A stretch of 56,804 bases of DNA, counting the filler, from Sphacelaria rigidula (Eukaryota): the NCBI GenBank assembly GCA_964200075.2. It is 3 parts of 3 records of this genome, joined end to end, with 100 filler letters (N's around TTAATTAATTAA, not from the genome) between each part and the next. Parts side by side here need not be neighbours in the genome. Positions count along the whole stretch, not along the records: positions 1 to 18,880 come from CAXNAA020000772.1; 2 more parts are not named here. One strand, written 5' to 3'. The notes below the pieces were generated by a model that saw only the letters and a program-made list of their open reading frames with translations, made no database searches and was not told the DNA's origin. Within the stretch, counting starts at the first letter, position 1. Each line of letters opens with the position of its first letter. Below, in pieces: positions 1 through 11,300 of the stretch. A program made the translations under genes and the position numbers.

Positions 1-763
1 TATCGCCACTTCCAGAGACAGCAACGGCTTATACTCTGCCTTATGGGTGTCTCACCATCGTGGGGTGGGGGGCGGGAGGGATCAGGGGGCGGGGGGGGGG
101 CGTTGCCGACCACAGCCATGGCGCACCCCAGGGAACAGAGATCTTGCTCTCCAAGAAAGGTAGGATATTATACGCATGCTTAGTTAGGCACGTGGCATGA
201 TTGCAGACACGAAGAGAAAAGTGGCGAAAACATGGAAATCCGAACATTAGTCTTCATGGCGGTATGCTTAGAGATCAGATAACCTTCTGTTACTCGGTGG
301 CTGACAACAACAAATCTAACCTTCGACAGGGTATAAGTAATGAAACTCATAGCTGTGGCTGTTGCAAGAGCCCTTGCGGAATACTTCCATTTCAAAGCCT
401 TCCCGCCACTAAACCGTGACCGAAAACTTGTAACTAATAGGCTGCATCTCCCATCGCTACTTTCTGCTACTTGTGCATAATTTTGGAGGTTAAGCTGTGC
501 AATTTAGCATAGTTTGGCGCATGGAATACAACTGCCGAGGGCAGAAACGTTGCGCAGTATCCGTTGCGTTAAGTGCTACTTTATCCCCTCTTCGTTCCTC
601 TATTTGCTGTATTTCTGACTTACGCCAAGAAATGTGGACACCTCAACAAAAATAAGCATGACCACCTCCTATTACAATTCTTCATATTACATACCGTACT
701 TTGATGTCATCTGACTCACAAGACACCAAACATTGGCCCCTGCCTGATTTAATCCTCTCGAAG

Positions 764-1396
764 CTACCCGCTGTTCAACAACCGTGAGCTCGCTAACACA
801 CCTGTGCCATCTTCAATCACCGGGGACGGAGGAGGTATGAGAGGACCGTCGAACGGGTAGCCTACACCTCTATGTGTTCGCATTCCTTTGCCCTTCTTAT
901 GGCAAATGTTGGCGTCGATCTTGGACTTAATCTTCCTAACGTGTTCGATCATAATATCTGATAATCGCTGCCCGCTGTCACCCTTACCACCCCCTCCCCC
1001 TCCTCCAATCTCATCCCCCTTCGACAGGCCGTCGGCGTTCCCTCCGCTGATCCCGACGTCGCCGTCCCCATTAGCTGTACCCATGCCATGACAAACGCCC
1101 TCTCTAACGATTTCTGGTCCATCAAGCTGGCCGACCGCATGACCCGCATCCATTACCCCCAGAGCCTGACCACTATTCCCCAAATTAGCCATTTCCCGGC
1201 CAGCGTTCCTGTTGACGTTGCCCACCATACCCACGGAGCCGTCACCTCCCAAGCTTTCTGGCGGTGGCGGCGGGACGGCAGCAACTGGCGTGTGTATGAA
1301 ACTGTCCAGCCGCGGCTCGAATAGCATCGCCATCGCTGCCGCCACTGCTGCTGGTGGTTCGTCCGCACGCTGATGCTCCTGTTGTTGTTGTTGTTG

Positions 1397-1465
<69 letters not shown>

Positions 1466-1483
1466 CTGCTGCTCCTGCTGTTG

Positions 1484-1522
<39 letters not shown>

Positions 1523-2044
1523 AGTGTCCAGCGTCAAAGAGATCGCGTGTCTGCTGCTACCAGTGTTGCGTTGCATTGGCGCCACGACGGTTTCGGCCTC
1601 GGTGAGCTGATGGTCCAGGTCGCCCCCATGATGGTGGTGATGATGGTGATGATGGCTATAGTTCATTTGAACCTCGCTGGCCATTACATGAGGGTGCATA
1701 CCTGTTGCTGCTGCTGCTGGGCTTATGTCGAGACCGGCGATGACAGGCCCACCAAAGCCGTTTCCCGCAACCATCCCTCCTTCTGCTTTACCGTCACCTT
1801 CAACTACACCCCCCTCGATTGGAGCCCCAGCCACGATCTCCCCACCAAACTCTCTGCCCGCCACGGCGTAATGAGCACTGAGCACTGCGCTTACATTATC
1901 GGAAACTCTGTTGTCATCAGCTTCCAACCGGAGGCGCTTGTGACTGTGCGGCGTGACCATAGCTGCTGCTGCTGTTGTTGCTGCTGTTGCTGCGGCTGCT
2001 CCGCTTTTAGGGTACAGCAAGCTGTACAGTGGCGTTGAAAGTTC
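764..2044 (-). CDS. Low-complexity polyQ/polyH/polyA protein, probable last exon of a minus-strand gene (function unknown)
   Basis: Open frame of about 1.28 kb ending in TAG at 764-766, with Q16-E-Q31, H9, Ala and Gly tracts, a KRLR basic motif and a basic C-terminal segment (IEHVRKIKSKIDANICHKKGKG). The 5' end is uncertain: either a CAG acceptor before 2044 (in frame) or an ATG near 1960. Confidence 0.6.
1379..1522. repeat. (CTG/TTG)n trinucleotide microsatellite = CAG/CAA polyglutamine tract on the minus strand
   Basis: 48 triplets: 31 CTG/TTG, one CTC, 16 CTG/TTG. Variation is nearly confined to the synonymous CAG/CAA position of the minus-strand frame. Confidence 0.97.
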
Positions 2045-3247
2045 CTGCAGCAGTTCTCTCGTAGTGGTTACCGGGTTAATTTGCCGGGCCAGGCAAGTGG
2101 GCCATCATATGCAGTCTCAAAAAAGAGTCCCCCTCACTGATACACTGGCTTAGTGGGGGCGCTGCCTGCTCGTGTACCTCCCAGCCCCTCCTGTTCGATC
2201 TTCCCGAGAAACGTTACGGCGCACACTTGCTTCTTGAATTTCTCCACCCACCAGGAGAATGCGGGCCAGTCGGTCATCGACGGTGGGAATCAAAACGGCA
2301 TGAAGGTGGGAAGAAAATCCACGGCTAGAGAGCGAAGCTGTTTTTTCGCTATCGTCGGGGATTTGCGCAGACGCAGAGATATCACGTGCTGAAGTCGTGC
2401 CGTGTACTCAAGCACTTGACGTCGGAAGCTAGAAAATAACCTGTATGAAAGAAAGGGCAAAGTATTGGAAAATGAGCAACTTCAACGCGAACTACAACTT
2501 GGAGCTCAAACGGCGGAGAGCATACATAACGGTTCCGCCGCACTCTGCTCGTCCACCGTTGCGCGTGCTGCGCGGTACTGCACTTTTGCGGTACTCGAAG
2601 AGATAAAGCTGTAGTTTACTATTCTATGCCGGTTAGGGCCCGGTCGAAACAAGAATTAAACTACATGCCTTCGAAGTATATGCCAGCTGCGACCAGCAAT
2701 CTGAGCATGAATTCTGTACAAGCAGAAGTTTCAGGGGCAGATGCAGGTCGTACAGTCTCCTGGCGCATGTGGACCTCCGGCATCATCAGCGCTTTACCGA
2801 GCTTCTTATTTGGGTGAGAGCGTGTGCAAATAAGTAGATTCGCTTTCACTTGTCGGCTAAGGTGAGTATTGTAAAAAGAGTAACACGGCCCATTTGCGGG
2901 ACGATAATGCTCTGCTACGGACAGATACGAACAGGAGAGCCAGCGCGGATGTTCTTGCGGTGGGCGAGAAATTAATTTAGAATTTCTGCCTGGTTAGTGT
3001 CACGTTTCACACCACCCTTCAGAACACCGCCAACGTAGGCTCGATGAGCCATGTTGAAATAATCATTTTGCCCAGACCCATCGAACAATTCCATAGATAC
3101 GATTTATGTACAAGTCCATTGCTACCTCCTTCAAGAACTCCCGCTCAATTTCTAGCCAACACGGCAAACACACATGATCCACGAACACGAAGGCTATTTT
3201 CCATTAAAACACCATCGGAAAGGCGGTCGCGCATAACTCATGCTTTA

Positions 3248-3728
3248 GGCTACTTATCATGTGTCGAAAAATTAACTTGTTGAAAAGTGCTTTTTTTACC
3301 CTTCTCCGTCATTTTTGCCCCGAAAAGAGGTCTCAGCGGATGTTGACACCTTGGAATGAATTATTTGCTCTACTCGCTGAGATGGTTTCAGAACAGAACA
3401 CCTTTGCGTTTCCCGCAGGTCACAGTTTCGTTTTTGGGCAGCGTTGTATTTTCAATAACACACGGCCAAGTTATAAAAAAACAGGGGGGAAACTGACATT
3501 TTTTTATAAACTTGACCTCTTTTTATTGAAAATGCAAATATTTGGCCAAAAACGAAACCGTGACCTACTGGAAACGCAAAAGGTGCTCTGGAACGGCCTC
3601 AGCGAGTAGAGCAAGTCATTCAAAGGTGTCAACACCCCCCTAGCCCTTTTTTCGGGAGAAAAACGATGGAGAACGGTCAAAAATGCACTTTTCAACAAGT
3701 TATATTTTTCGATACATAAGAAGTAGCC
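3248..3728. mobile_element. Fold-back MITE, PIF/Harbinger (Tourist)-like
   Basis: Begins GGCTACTT, ends AAGTAGCC. The two halves are imperfect reverse complements over about 235 bp each (e.g. aacttgttgaaaagtgc / gcacttttcaacaagtt; ttgctctactcgctgag / ctcagcgagtagagcaa). Flanked on both sides by TTA (3245-3247, 3729-3731). Confidence 0.88.
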
Positions 3729-6033
3729 TTAGGTCGTTTCTTCCGGTTCGTATTTTGTTTGGCTCGTATTTCCCACTTTTTGGACATTTGACAAGGTTTT
3801 TGACCCCCAAACAGGGAAAATCGCCACCACACGTCCTTGACACTTGGTATCACCCCACCGAGAGGAGCCTAGCCCAGTTTTCCGATTCGCTTGGGTCAGA
3901 GCTTTCGAGAGCGGCCTCTGGACAAAAATACGAGGAAAACATATATTGCACAGTCTGTAGGTGAGAACTTATTTTTGGGACTTGCAAGGTATCTGATGCA
4001 TCTCGAACGCTTGCAAGCGCCACGGCATACACACAGGAAAGCTCTCCGAAGTGCGGCGTCCCAGTCCAAATTGTCCGGACTTCTCCAAAAATAAAGCTTC
4101 GGACAAAAAACCAAGCAGCTTTGTTTCCGGACAAGTCTGAACTCAAAGTCCGAGAATCCGAAAATATCCAAGATCTTTCAAAGAACAGTGTCGAGAATAA
4201 CGGGCCTTACTGGCTGCCTCATGTGTACTGTACTGTTACACCTACACACACAAGTAGCGTGCGGAAGCAGCCGTCGTTTCAGACCATGGTTGTGGTTGTG
4301 GCCTCACACTAAAGTGATTTGGCTGCTCGTGGTTTTGTCACCTTTCGAGCAACCCTTCCATTTGCGTCAACGGTACACCAAGTTCAGGGCAAGTGTGCTG
4401 GTCGATATGCGTATTAGCTATCCAGAGCCAGTAGATCTGGCATAACATCAGCTCTCCGGGAAGTGTTTTGACCGTAGAAGATGCGGTCATGATGCTCACT
4501 GAAAACAGGATCATGAGCCCAGCGGTGTCGCTGCAAGTGGCTCTCGCTGGCGAATCCTATCTCTCTGACCATTGTCCTACGCTGACGGTATACAATTTTT
4601 GCTTCATATTGCATGCATGGCAATTATTCCGTCATTCGTGCACTTGTGTGAAAGTTGTATTATGTCGATGAGCCTTATTTTCGTGTTTCATCTGCAGCAT
4701 AAACACCGTACTGTACAGGGGTGGAGTCTAGGGTACGGGCGGTATACTCAAGACGACTTGATTATCCCGGTATCTTTAAGATTGTCGATTTCCACCGCGT
4801 CATTTCATTTGTGACACGGATAAAATTTCGCCAAATCTTTGGTAAATAAACCACCCCTAACCCGGAATGGGGATGCGTATCCAGGCTTCGAAATTGGCCT
4901 GGTATGATGCATCGATATTTACATGTATATCACAATATCACCCGATAGGTCGGAATATCAGGGCCGATTTATCAGCAGTTGAAATATCGATATGACAATT
5001 ACTAGATGATAGTATAGGCAACGCGGGTGCGCGCCACCGCAGGCCTACCAGGGATATCTATCAGGCTCCAGAATCGTCCGGTGCAGTGCATCGAGGTAGA
5101 CCAATCAGCCTATGATCCGATATATCTACAGCACCGGATATGTGACGTATCGATCTGGAATGACCAATGGTTCAGCGCTGGCTACAGCAGCCATGATGGC
5201 GCAGTAGGTGAGCGTGCTCCGTGTACAGTACCGTCAGCGTGGTGTGCAGAGGAGCAGGGCGTTCCACGTGGAAGAAGAAATAAATCACGAATTTGCCCAC
5301 ATAGCCGGTTGAAAGGAATATTCCGCCTCACGTTGTTCGATATACTACACAACCCGGTTGGAAAAAGCAGAAAAACCCTCGGCCACGTTTTCAGCGGTGT
5401 AAACTTACTTCCAACGACGTTTTCGCTTTCCCGTCGGGGGCGGATTATTCCCCGCAATGTCTTCGGGTGGCAAAAGCTGACGGGAACCGGACACGTCACC
5501 GTGAAAACGCCGATCATCTTGACCTTGGAAAGGTGACCGCGGGCTGTCTATTTTACCTTGGGTTCCGAATGTTTCGGGCAATTCAAGTAGAATCCCTTTT
5601 GAAAACGAAAATAGGAGCATTTCGTGCATTTTCAACTCTTTCGCTTCATTCCTGCCACGGAAAAGCGTTCAGGGCAGAAATGGAGGAGGACAGAACACCG
5701 TATCGATAAATCATACTCGGAGTATTATGATAATGCTGTTGACACGATAGCTTGCATTTAATTTGTCGATGTATCGAAATGGGCTGATAAAATACCTGAT
5801 ATGCATCCCTATTCATGCATCACGTGCATATCGTTGGGATTCCACTAAGCGACTCACCGCAGGAGATTTCTTCGTTCTATGTCAGTACGGCGGTAGCCAG
5901 AAAGTGGATACCTACGTCGGCACACTTCGTACAACAATCAAGTTGAACGAGATTTTTTTAGCCTTTGTCTTCACATGGAATAGGACTTCAACCGAGGTGT
6001 TTGGTTGAGGAAGTTCATGATAACGCACCAAAC

Positions 6034-6257
6034 CTTTTGCACTAGAACGCGAAGATTACCAAGATTATGGGCGTTTCCCTGAGCAATGTAGGAAGCGATG
6101 AGGCACGGGCGCACTGATCTCGCAACACCATGGAGTTGGCCCAAGCGTAGGGATGATGAATACGCAAGCAGCTCTAAACTCCACCCTCCGTCGTCCCACG
6201 TCACCTCGTGTTGCTCCAGGATGTCGATCAGACTTTGCCATCCATCTATGGAGGACA
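6034..6257 (-). CDS. Candidate upstream exon of the minus-strand gene
   Basis: ctacag acceptor, protein-like frame (SSIDGWQSLIDILEQHEVTWDDGGWSLELL...VLVQK) and a gtttgg donor. I could not link it by consistent splice phases to the 764-2044 exon. Confidence 0.3.
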
Positions 6258-6611
6258 CTGTAGCCGGTCACACTATCTGTCTTACCCACTGCGTGCTGTA
6301 CGTTTACCTGATGAAATGAGCGTCATGTGGGCACGTCAAGTCTCCAGAATCCGCGGTATTCGTCATCATCTACCAAAATACGGAGGCATTTCAAACAAGC
6401 ATGTGCTTTACGGCGCTACACGTAACCTGAGGTGACAAATTCCCGCCCTGAGTATATATAGATACATTACGCAGCCTTGAACGTCACGATCCACGGAGAC
6501 GTTATTTCCACGTCATCGCAAGCCACACGCACGCAGCACCCACACACCACACGCTCTGCACAGTACAGCAGCACAGCACACTCACAGTCCCAGCAGCAGG
6601 AGCAGACATAC

Positions 6612-6672
6612 ATGGCTGCTGGGGGCTCCTCGTCCTGGGGATTTCTCGAGGCTCAGACACCCCAGGAAAAAG
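6612..6672 (+). CDS. Candidate first exon of the sugar-porter gene (MAAGGSSSWGFLEAQTPQEK)
   Basis: ATG after an AC-rich leader with TATATATA at about 6453-6460. The donor is weak, and an additional exon (first half of TM1) would be needed to join the exon at 8400. Confidence 0.35.
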
Positions 6673-8399
6673 GTGGTCGTGAAGGTTTTTACGCGTAACT
6701 CGCATAAGTAGCACGATTTCCTGAACTCACCGTGTTCCGCGTATGTTTGATCTCTGTTTTTCCGTAATATATGTATCCTTGATTTGAAAGTGTATGAATG
6801 GACAACAAGTGCTGGGCGCAACACTGCAGGGCTTACCTCGGCAGCAGCTTTCGAAAAATGAGTGCATGGTGCGGTGATTGATCATCGCGATCTCGCTGCC
6901 GCTACACGGTGTGCGGTATCTCGAGGGTGCGGTGCGGTGTGGGTTAGAATATTGTTATCCTGATAGAATAGTGTTATCCTGATATCGCCCGGTACCACGG
7001 TATGTTCTTTTCGATAGCACGGCACGGTTCTGTATCCAAGCTGTGAGGCCACTTCTCATCATAATCCTTGAAAACGTTATCGAAAAAGTTGGGGCGTCGA
7101 CCCTTTCCCGACAACTTTTCTCGACGAAAACAATTCCCGAAACTCTTCCTTATGACTCTGAGGGGAAAGTTTGTCGCGTTTAGCACCAAGACTGGGGCGC
7201 TCGCCCACGTGATATTCGCCATCATTCATTTCGTATAGGATACGGAGAAGGAATTTCTCTTTTGAGGAAATCCCGATCTCGGAGAACTGTACTACCAGAC
7301 AACGGCCTTCAAGGGCGCTTCGTACAGGGATGTAGATGTCCGGACATATCCAATCGGGGCACGAACGATGTGCAAGAAACCTGTCACCTACAGTAGCAAC
7401 ACGACGGCCGAGGTCCACGTCACACGCTCTTGTAAGAGTTGGGATGCTGGTCCAGTAAGTGTGTTGGTGGGTGATGCAGGAGAGCTGACTTCGAATCGCC
7501 GCTATGTGGGTGGGGGTTTGTAGGCTGTGAGAATGTGGGCTATAGCACAACGGCATGAAAACACGAAGAAAAACGCCGTGTGGGGTGATCAACGGTAAAG
7601 ATCCCCATCCCTAGAGGGGTGGTCTAAGATATGGTCCTCCCTGTAGAAAAAACACGCGAATTTCTTCCAGACTTGATTTTTTCGGATCCCAATGTGGAGA
7701 GCAAGTTCTCGATGTTGCTTGGGTTCGGCAGTTCCAGTTCCCTTGGCGAAATTCACGACGATTATTCACCATGACATTCAGATTATTCGTTGTCTGGATC
7801 CTAACGAGAGACTCACTCTCTCGAAGACTATCAGCTCGTGTGTACTCCTCCTTACACCCCCCAACCCAGACTCTACGACTAGAGAACCAACACGGCGCCC
7901 GCGGTAACCACTTTTCCTTGGAGTCTTGTCGTCCCATTTATTAGGAGAGGAGTATGGTGTTATCATCTGGCGTCCGGCGTCGATAACATTTGAGTTAGGT
8001 GTCGTGTGTAGGTAGGCCATCACATAACAAGCACGGAAAGGGTTTCCACCGAAGACTAGCGAATCGACGAACCCGGAGAACGGCAACAACAGCTGTGCCC
8101 GATGACCGAATATTTGGTGCGGTCGGCGTCATGGACATGTTGTGGACGACCGCCCGGCACCCTCGCCCGACCCTTTTGTGGGTTGACTCACCGCGGGGCC
8201 ATAACAAGTGGCCTGGTATCTAATTATTGCAGTTTCCGCGGTAATCGGCAACATCGCTGCCCCACAATGGCAGATCGAGATCGCCGGCATGCTCACTATC
8301 GAATTTAGTAATACAAGCTTGCATCGCGAGGGAAAGATACGCAAATTTCCCCAGAAGCCCTGTCCATGCGCCACGCGCGTCTTGTTGTGTTGTACACAG

Positions 8400-11300
8400 G
8401 TTTTGCCTCTCGGCGCTGAACACGGCTCTCGTTACGGGAGACAAGAGCAGCGCCAGCGAGTGTTTTACCGGCGAGGACCGTAGCTGCCCTCCCGGATCCG
8501 CGCTAAGAGATTTATATCTGTCCACCCATTTGCAGGAGGTGGCGACAACGCTGCTAATTGCAGGAGCGTGGCTATCGTCAATGGTGGTCAGCAAGCCGTC
8601 GGACACGCTCGGGCGCAGGCAAGGACGTGATCACATTTCGGGTTCTGTTCTTGCGGTTAGTTTGATGAACGTTTGTCTCGCCAGCAGGCTATTTGTCACT
8701 GCGGCAAGATGCTGACACTCTACTGATTGCGGGGTTGTTGAATCGGTAACTGAGCAGTCTCTCCGGCAACTTCTGGTAACTCTGCAAGGCTTTCAAGCGA
8801 AATCCCTCGGTGGTTCCGATTCCGTGCTTGTTTTTTACTCACTCAGCATGGCTTGACGTTTCGAGCTCTGAATGAACTGCAGTAAGTATATGTTTATCGC
8901 GCTCACAAATAATACACGATTTTGAATCAGCATGAACTTGTCTCCTCTACCCCTTGTCCCCTGCCATCCCCTTCTGATCCCTGGGGTCTTCTCGCGGTGT
9001 CGCCGCACAGGCGAACGTTGCTGTTGAACAATATTCTCTTCGTCGGAGGTGGTCTTCTGTGCGCAATGGCCGGGGGCTCCTCAGGCCTGTTCGCAGGCAG
9101 ATTGATTGGAGGAATGGGCGTAGGGTAAGTGTTGGTGCAGGTTTATTTTTCAGCCTTTAGCCCCGTGTGAGGTGTCCCCTGTGGTGATTGCTTGTTCTGA
9201 AGAAAACACTGCGTGAGATTGGACAACTTACTCCAATATTGCTAAGTGACGGTGAGCATGTTGAGGCACGTGTTCGGTTAGGCACGCTTCCAGACTGGTG
9301 TTGCCCGTCCTCGCACGAGAAAAGTTGGTAATCTGCAGAAACGCGCCGCCCCGCAGAAGCAACAGGAGGTTTTGTAGCACGGCGAGCACAACGTTGCGCG
9401 ACAGTGTAGAACCGGGTACTGCAGTTGGCGTCCGTCGCCATTGCTCGATACTTGGGGGTTCTGTTCTGTAGACATTTCCCATTCCGCTTGGACGCGTTTA
9501 TATAGTCACTTTTCACCTGCTCTTTCGCCGGCTCATTTTTTTTACTTCTGTGGCACAGGGGTGGATCAGGTGTGGTGCCCGTGCTCCTCTCCGAAGTCTC
9601 CTCCCCTAGAAACCGTGGAGCCGTGTGTTCCATTCACCAGCTGATGATCAACCTCGGCATCTTGTCTTCGGGTGTACTTGGGTACATCCTCGTACAAAAC
9701 GTGAACCACGGCTGGCGTTACGTGCAGGCCTTCATTGCAGTCCCTGCCCTGGCGCAGGTGTGATTTCGTGCTGTGCTGTACTGCAGGACATGGTCTGTAG
9801 TGAGCCATGGAGCCACGCACCCTGTGAAACGGGACAGTGTCACGGGCATGGTCGGACGGGAATAGAACCTCTCCCGATCGGTTGATGTACAACTGTTTGC
9901 GGATACGTGCACATCGTTGGTGTTCCATGCCATCTTTGTTACGTCGATCCTTACGTTTGCCACAGAACCTACGTGAAATACGTACATTTCCCGTGACAGT
10001 TCTGGCGTCGCCCCGTCAACGTGACTTTCCGCGTTGCCTGTTCTTTTCACACGCAAATTCCTCAAGTATATATATATATATATATTGTGTGGCGCAATAT
10101 TTGCTCGTTTTTTCGGCAACCACCAAAGCTGGCGCTGGCTTCGTTCGTCCCGGAGTCTCCGCGATGGCTAGTAAAGCGCGGACGATTAGCCGACGCGAAG
10201 GCGCTGATGAGGAAACTCCATGGAGGTAGCCGCGGACCGGCGCTAGAGGCGGCAATCGACAGCGAGATTGCCGGTATGGAAGGGGGAAAGGATGACGGCA
10301 AGGGTAGCGCCTCTTGGGGAGAAGTGAGTGGAGGTGGGCGATGGTCGATCTTTTCAAGGCCTAGGCTGCAGTTTGGTAAGAATGTGGCAATTGAGTTGGT
10401 CGTTCAGAAGCTTCTTCGACAGCAATTGCGAGCTAGGCTCGCCCAGGAGCAGATCCGTAGGTTGCAGAGCAGTTATCACCTTAATTTTGAGAGTTGGACT
10501 TTCAAAATTTGGTCTGTGGAATCACCAGGGTATAATAAAGAAAGTAATTTGGGATGATTGAGATTTTTTTCGTTAGTGAAAGGCGAAATAATATGCAGTA
10601 TTGCTGAAACATCCCCAAGCCACAAAAGAAAAATATCAATGACCCAAATTACTTTTTCCAATTTTACAAAGTGAATTTAGTTTCTGCTGCGGGTGAAATT
10701 CGACTCACTGTTTTTTTGCAACAGGATTTTTGCGACTTGATTTCTGCGACTCGATTTTTGCGACATTTGTTCTGCTAGGTTTTTCCACTCTAGAACCCCT
10801 GTTGATTTCGTTTTTTGGGGGGTACTTTGTCAAATAGAAACCAAAAGCATCTTGCTCCAAGGGACACCTGGACACACAGCAGCTGCCTACCTAGTATCAT
10901 CCTCCAAATCGAAGTCTTGGGTGAGAACGCCCAGCGTTTGGTGCCCATGTACAAGGATGATCTACATCTTGTATCATGCTCCAAAACGTACCCAACAAGG
11001 GGGCAGCATCCCCGTCCAGACAGTAGCAATGCTGGCGGATCCTACGTCCTGACAGTCTGGCAGCCGGCAGGGTGATTATGGTAGTGTTCTTCTAGCAACA
11101 TCAACTTACAGTGCACTGGAGCAGAGTTTGCAGGTGAATATTTCTACGATTGGCTCACCTGCAGTTCGCCCAGATGTTGCGGAGTTTTTTCACGCCATCA
11201 CTGAGTAACATCACATACATTTACATGTGGAAATGTACCAGACCCTTCCTCACATTATCAGTGGAGATGTACCAGACCCTGCATTATATATGGAAATGTA

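Noticed and set aside
1373-2038. Plus-strand poly-Leu and poly-Ala/Val ORFs
   Set aside because: Shadow frames of the CTG/TTG repeat; the longer minus-strand polyQ frame explains them.
2153-4623. Further minus-strand exons (about 2177-2280, 2670-2806, 4342-4556)
   Set aside because: Splice phases could not be chained consistently and no recognisable domain supports them.
8208-8260. Hydrophobic VAWYLIIAVSAVIG as the missing TM1 exon of the transporter
   Set aside because: The available donor is phase 0, whereas the 8400 exon needs phase 2; could not be joined.
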